Source: Scenedesmus sp. PABB004 (lineage: Eukaryota). From it: a DNA stretch of 64,000 nucleotides. Both the position numbers and the translations under genes were made by a program. Below are positions 58,605-64,000 of the stretch, piece after piece. Location of the stretch: positions 2,170,001 through 2,234,000 of the forward strand of contig JABVCE010000002.1 in the NCBI GenBank assembly GCA_014905635.1, in the 5' to 3' direction. Position 1 is the stretch's first letter; every line of letters begins with the position of its first letter. Under the pieces are notes generated by a model that searched no databases, was not told where the DNA came from, and saw only the letters and a list, made by a program, of their open reading frames with translations.

Positions 58605-60786
58605 ATGGCAGCAGCGGCGCCGCCGCCGCCGCACGGCGCGCCGCCGGACAAGGTCGTGCTGGTAATCATCGACGGCGTCGGCGACGTCACCATCCCGGCC
58701 TTCGGCGACGCCACGCCGCTGCAGGTCGCGCACACGCCCAACCTGGACTGCGTCGCCGGTGCGCTGCGCCGCCGCGCGCGCAGCCTGGCGCGTCCGGCGA
58801 GCGCCCGCCCGCGACCCTCCCTGGGGCGTCTGCCAGCCCCGGCACGGCCCCGCCAGCTGCGGCGCGCCCGCGCCGAGCGCCCGCGCCCGCGCGCCGCCGC
58901 CGCCGCAGCGGCCGGGCTGAACGGCCTCGTTGACGCAGTCGAGCCGGGCCTCGCGTGCGGCAGCGACACCAGCCACATGAACATTCTGGGCTACGACCCG
59001 CGCAGGCACGCGTCGCGCCGCGCGGCGCGCCCCAGCCCGCAGCCTGCGGGCGGCCGCACGCGTGCGCGCCGCCACAGCGCGCTCACGGCGCCGTCGCGGC
59101 CGGCAGGTACTACCGCGGCCGCGGCGCGTTCGAGTCGCTCGGCGCGGGGCTGCCCATGGCGCCGGGGGACATCGCGTTCAAATCCAACTTTGCCACGCTC
59201 AACGCCGCCACCGGCATCGTCGAGCGCCGCCGCGCCGACCGCGCGTTCGAGCACATCGGCCCGACGCTCTGCGCCGCGCTGGACGGTGCGCCGCGGGAGC
59301 GCCGGCGCCGCGCCGGCGCGCCGCGCTCGGGCGGCCCCGGGCGGCCGCCGCGGCGCGCCGCCGCGGCGCGCCGCCGCGGCGCGCGGCCCACGCCCCGCCC
59401 CGCCCCGCCCCGCCCCGCGCGTGCGCTCGGGCGGGCGCAGGCCTCGTGCTGCCGTCGTTCCCGCAGCACGTGGTGTCGGTCAAGTATGCGACCGAGCACC
59501 GCTGCGGCGTGGTGGTGCGCGGCCGCGGGCTGAGCGACGCCATCAGCGGCACGGACCCGCTCAAGGACGGCCTGCCGCTTCTCGCAGCGGCACCCACGGA
59601 CGGCTCGCCCGAGGTGCGGGCGGCGGGCGGGGGCTCGCCGGGCTGCGGCGGGGTGCGGGGCGGCGGCGTCGGGGGCGCCGCGGTCGAGCGCGGGGGGCGT
59701 GATGCGCGCCCTGCGCGCCGCAGGCCGCGCACACGGCGGCGGTGGTGAACGAGCTGAGCGCCGAGATGCGGCGCCTGCTCGAGGCGCACCCGGTCAACGC
59801 GGCGCGCCGCGGCGCCGGCCAGCCGCCCGCCAACTGCGTCCTGCTGCGCGGCTGTGGCAGCCGCATCGACGTCGCGCCGTTTGAGGCGCTGCACGGCATG
59901 CGCGCCTGCCTGGTCGCGCCGACCAAGATCATCGCGGGTGCGCGCGCGCGCGTGTGTGTGTGTGGGGGGGGGGGGGGGGGTGCCGCAGCCGCACGCCTCC
60001 GCGACGCGCCGGCGGCTGGCCGACGCGCCGCCCCGCGCCCGCGCCCCGCGCGCCCCTGGCGCACAGGCCTGGGCATGTCGTTTGACGTCGCGCCGCTGGA
60101 CGCGCCCGGCGCGACGGGCAGCTACGACAGCGACCTCGCGTCCAAGGCCGCCGTCGCGGCGCGCGCGCTCGTGGGCGGCGGCTTTGACTTTGCGCTGGTG
60201 CACGTCAAGGCGGTCGACGACACGGGGCACGACCGCCTGCTCGCAATGAAGGCGCGGTGCCGGCTCTTGCTGGGGCATAGCGCGCGCCGGGTCTGGGGGG
60301 GGGGGTGCGTGCGGCGGCGCCCACTGTCCGCCGACCGCGGCGCCCGCAGGTGAGGTTCCTGGAGGCGGTGGACCGAATGATCGGCCACCTGCTGCTGCGC
60401 CTGCACGATGCAGAGCAGCAGCAGCAGGAGCAGCTGGAACAGCAGCAGCAGCAGCAGGAGCAGCAGCAGGGGCAGCAGGAGCAACGCGGCGGGCAGCGGC
60501 CGCGGCAGCCGCAGCGCTACGCGATCTGCGTCACCGGCGACCACTCCACGCCCGTGGTCTTCGGCGACCACTCGCACGAGCCCGTGCCGCTCGCGCTCGC
60601 GCGCGTGTGCGACGCCGTCGCGGCCATGGGCGGGGCGGAGCAGGTCGCGCTGCGGCGGGCGTGCCTTGCGGCCGGGCGCATACCGCTGCCCGACGTCAAG
60701 GCGCCGCCGCCGCCGCTGGAGGCGCTGCTGGCGCAGGCGGCGCAGCAGGCGGCGCGCCGCGGCGCGGCGGCGGCGGGCGCGGCGTT

Positions 60787-60831
<45 letters not shown>

Positions 60832-61003
60832 GGGGCCGTGGCGCGAGGCGTGGCCATGCGCCCGCCGCGGCGACGGCGTGGCCGCGTTCGACGAGCTCTC
60901 CGCGGCGCGCGGCGCCCTGGGGCGCTTCACCGGGGCCGGCATCATGCCGCTGATCAAGGCGTTCGCGGGCCGCCCGGTCGCGGCGGGCGCGGCGGCGTCG
61001 TAG
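58605..61003 (+). CDS. apgM: Cofactor-independent phosphoglycerate mutase, ApgM (archaeal-type) family, multi-exon
   Basis: [83 protein letters not shown] and HSHEPVP. Confidence 0.92.
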
Positions 61004-61253
61004 GGCGCAGCGCGCGGGTTTTTGAGCGCCTGAGCCCCCGTGGCCGTCAGGGAGGTAGACGACCAAGTAAGGAGCGTCCAGAGCCCTGTCGCAGCGCGCC
61101 CTCGAGCTCGGCCCGGGCGCGGGAGCCGCGCATGTGCAGCACACCAGCACCCCGCCACAGCGCCGCACACAGCTCGACCAGCCGGCATCAACCGGCCCCG
61201 ACGATGCGGTGACGATTTTTTATAGTAACACGCACGCCGCGCGAGGTCCCGCG

Positions 61254-61958
61254 ATGGCGCTGCGCGGTGAGGCGCCGGCGGCCAGGCTGGTGTCGCTGCT
61301 GCTGCGCGGCGCCCCCCGCCGCCGCCGCCGCCGCCGCCGCATCAACGCGCTCGCTGCTGCTGGGTCTCACGCAGGTTGCTGTGGATCTCTCGTGACGCTG
61401 CTGCTGGTCGCCGGATGCCTCCGCAGCGCCGCCGGCAGGGCGCTCCAGCAGCAGCAGCCGTCGGCCCCGTGCGCGTGCCGCAACGGCGCCACGTGCCGAC
61501 CGGTCAGCGGCGGCAGTTTTGCCTGCCAGTGCCTGCTGGGCACCTCCGGCCCGCTGTGCGAGCTCGCCGACGGCTGCCTGGGCGGCCCCCAGCAGCTGGC
61601 CTGCCTCAACGGCGGGCGCTGCGTGCCATCCGGCGGCGGGGGCTCGGCGACCTGCACGTGCCCGCAGGGCTTCTCGGGCGCGCGCTGCGAGCAGCGCGAC
61701 GCGTGCCGCCAGCGCGGCCGGACGCGCTGCCGCAACGGCGGGCAGTGCGTGCCGTCCGGCGGCGGGTGGGCGTGCGCGTGCGCGGCGGGCTGGGGCGGCC
61801 CGCAGTGCGACCTGCGGGACGGCTGCGCGGCCAACCCCTGCGCCAACGGCGGCACGTGCCGGCGCGTGGGCGGCAGCGGCGCTTCCTGCACCTGCCCTCG
61901 GGGCTTCGCTGGGCCGCGGTGTGAGACGGCGGCGGCAGCAACGGCCCTGGCGGGGTGA
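61254..61958 (+). CDS. Secreted protein with four tandem EGF-like repeats; probable intron 61267-61374
   Basis: After splicing, a signal-peptide-like MALRGCCGSLVTLLLVAGCLRSAAG, then four 6-Cys units of the form C..C.NG..C.....C.C..G..G..C[ED]. Confidence 0.85.
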   Translation: MALRGEAPAARLVSLLLRGAPRRRRRRRRINALAAAGSHAGCCGSLVTLLLVAGCLRSAAGRALQQQQPSAPCACRNGATCRPVSGGSFACQCLLGTSGPLCELADGCLGGPQQLACLNGGRCVPSGGGGSATCTCPQGFSGARCEQRDACRQRGRTRCRNGGQCVPSGGGWACACAAGWGGPQCDLRDGCAANPCANGGTCRRVGGSGASCTCPRGFAGPRCETAAAATALAG

Positions 61959-62111
61959 GCTCGCGCGCCCTCGCGCGGGGCACGCGCGCGCTGCGCTGAG
62001 ACACGCGCGGGGCGCCCGCTGCGCTGGGACACGCGCGGCGCTGGCGGCGCTGGACGCGCGTGTGACACGCGCGCGTCGTGTTGCAAGGCAGGTGATGCAG
62101 CGCCGCACACG

Positions 62112-64000
62112 TCACGCCACCGCCGCCGGCGGCGCCCCCGGCGCGCGGCGGCCGCGCAGCTGCTGTTGCACCTTGAGCGCCGCGCCGACCGCCGCCGCCT
62201 GGCCCGCGGCCCCGGCGTCGTCGTCGAGCTGCTCGCTCCAGGCGCCGCTGTCGAGGCGGCGGAGCGTGAGGAACGCGTCGACGCCGTAGCCAGGCAGGTT
62301 GACGAGCTGCAGGTCACCGCCCCAGAACCGCGCGTGCAGGCGCGACATCGGCAGCCCAAAGCCGAGCCCCGCGAGGCTGAACCGCCGCCCGACGCGCGCG
62401 GCGTCCGACGCGCCCGCGAGCAGCGCGCCAAACGCGTCCGCCGTCCGCTGCAGCTGCGCCTCGGCCGCCGCCGCCGCGCGCGCGCGCCGGCCGCGGTGGC
62501 GAGCGCGGCGTCGGGCGGCTCACCCGTGCCGCCGCGGGGGCCTGCGACGCGCGGCGCGGACGGCGGCGGCCTGGTTGGTCGCACGCGCTCGGCGGCCGGC
62601 CGCCAAGCGCGCGGCGCGCTGCGCCACGCTGCGCACCCGCGCCGCCGCTGAAAGCCGCGTCCGCGTGCTGCAGCTCCTGCTGCGCCGCCTGCAGCTCGGG
62701 CACGGCGCCGCCGGCGCTGGTCGTGAACCCATACGACCACACCTGCGCCGGCGCGGGCCCAGGCCCCCCGTGAGGCGGCCGAGCGGCGAAACAGGGCGCG
62801 CGCTGCCGCCGCGCCTCGCGCCTGGTCTCGGTGCTCTGGCGGGATGCCGCCGCCCTGGTCGCTGATGCAGATGGTCAGGTGGCCGCCCCCGCTGCACACG
62901 CGCGCCTGGATCGCCGGCAGGCGGCTGCGCGTCGAGTGCGTCGCGCCGCGGTGCCGCTCCACCACTGCGCCGGCGGCGCCGCGCGTCGGCGCGCGCGTCC
63001 GCGGGGCCGGGCGCGGCGCGCCGCCCGCGCGGTTGCCGCGGCACGCGGAGCGCCGCCGCGCGGCCGTTGCGTTCACAACCACAACGCGGCTGCCAGCAGG
63101 GCTCCGCCCGCAGGGCCCCCGCCGCCGCCGCCGCCGCCGCCGCACCCGCGCGCATGGCGTTCTTGAGCAGCTCATACGTCATGTAGTCAAGGTGGCCGGG
63201 CAGGTAGGGCAGCCGCGCGCCGAGGTCGCCGCTCAGCTCGACCTCCGGCGCGACGCCGTACGCCTCGCTGCACACCTGGCGCTGCGCGCGGCGCGGCGGG
63301 CGGCGCGGCGACGGCGGCGGCGGCGCGCGGGCGCACTGGGGCGCGGCGGGCGGGCGGGCGGGCGGGCGTGCAGCGCAGCGCAGCGGGCGGGCGCCGGCGC
63401 GGCGGGTGCTCTAGTGCCGCGGCTCTACTTTATCTTTCTAAACATCAATTTTGTTCTTACCGCACGCTCGCCGGCAAAGCCGAGCGCGCCGGCGACGTCG
63501 AGCGCGGTCGCGATGGAGCCAATAAAGCCGGGCCGCGCGTTGGTGAGGTGGAGATGCTGCTCGGCCATGACGCGGCGGCTGATGCGGCTGCGCAGCATGG
63601 CATCCAAAAAGTTGTCGAGCTCCAGCGCGCGGCCCACGAGCCGCTTCGCGCGCACCTCGGCCAGGCCGCGCGCGAGGAGGTCGAGCAGCGGGCCTGGCGG
63701 CGGCGCGGCGGCGCGCCGGGCGCGCGCCCGCAGCTCGTGCGTGTCGCGCGTTTGCCGCCGTGCGCTGCCGCGCACGCCGCCGCGCGCTGCCGCGCGCCGC
63801 CGCCGCGCGTCGCACCGTGCTCGTCGACCAGGCGGCGCAGCAGCGCGCAGAACGGCGCGTCGTCGGCCGTGCACTCGACGCGCGGGTGCCGGCGCAGCGT
63901 CTCAAACGCGTGGTAATAGCTCGTGTAGACGCGCTTGATGTGAGGGTTGGTCACCACGAGGTGCCTGCGCCACATGTGTGTGAGCTTGGCGGCGCGGGCC
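62112..64000 (-). CDS. PDK: Mitochondrial pyruvate dehydrogenase kinase / BCKD-kinase family protein; 5' end beyond the window
   Basis: FLDAMLRSRISRRVMAEQH, YMTYELLKNAMR (N box), ISDQGGGIP (G1), WSYGFTT and LAGLGFGLPMSRLHARFWGGDL (G2). Confidence 0.92.

Noticed and set aside
58605..61003. ApgM as a recent archaeal transfer
   Set aside because: It is intron-rich and compositionally native, and ApgM-type homologs are known in plants.
1..64000. Hundreds of long overlapping Arg/Ala/Pro/Gly-rich ORFs (e.g. 3886-6933, 32007-35129, 48941-52237)
   Set aside because: Stop codons are rare at this GC content; these are shadow frames or read-through of introns of the spliced genes.
17078..64000. Several mitochondrial genes in one window as an operon-like cluster
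   Set aside because: They are interspersed with unrelated genes on both strands; chance is sufficient.

Overview
Eukaryotic nuclear DNA of extremely high GC content (roughly 80% by eye), almost certainly from a chlorophyte green alga. Evidence: TGTAA poly(A) signals, SBP and AP2 transcription factors, organellar targeting peptides and TTTAGGG-type repeats; a Sphaeropleales-like origin is inference only. The long ORFs in the supplied track are mostly artefacts of stop-poor GC-rich DNA. The real genes are spliced and were rebuilt by hand from conserved motifs and splice sites. About 19 protein-coding genes, in order: GlpX-type FBPase (3' truncated), RRP12, UhpC-like hexose-phosphate transporter, TPM-TM-RING protein, atypical ADP/ATP-like carrier, 2-oxoglutarate dehydrogenase E1, a hypothetical membrane protein, a ubiquitin-like/E2 fusion, a RING-CH E3, an SBP factor, COX6a, GLDH, two AP2 factors, an alpha/beta hydrolase, a polyQ hypothetical protein, ApgM-type phosphoglycerate mutase, a secreted 4xEGF protein and pyruvate dehydrogenase kinase (5' truncated). 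Most notable: (1) a transit-peptide-like leader + UBL ending RLIGG + poly-Gly + E2 polyprotein, tail-to-tail with a membrane RING-CH E3; (2) about 20 GC-AG introns; (3) an apparent gene-conversion tract making the AP2 exon of two diverged paralogs identical; (4) a recent ~770-bp duplication of the SBP 5' region with a palindromic fold-back insertion and CpG-type substitutions. Gene boundaries are manual predictions without transcript support.
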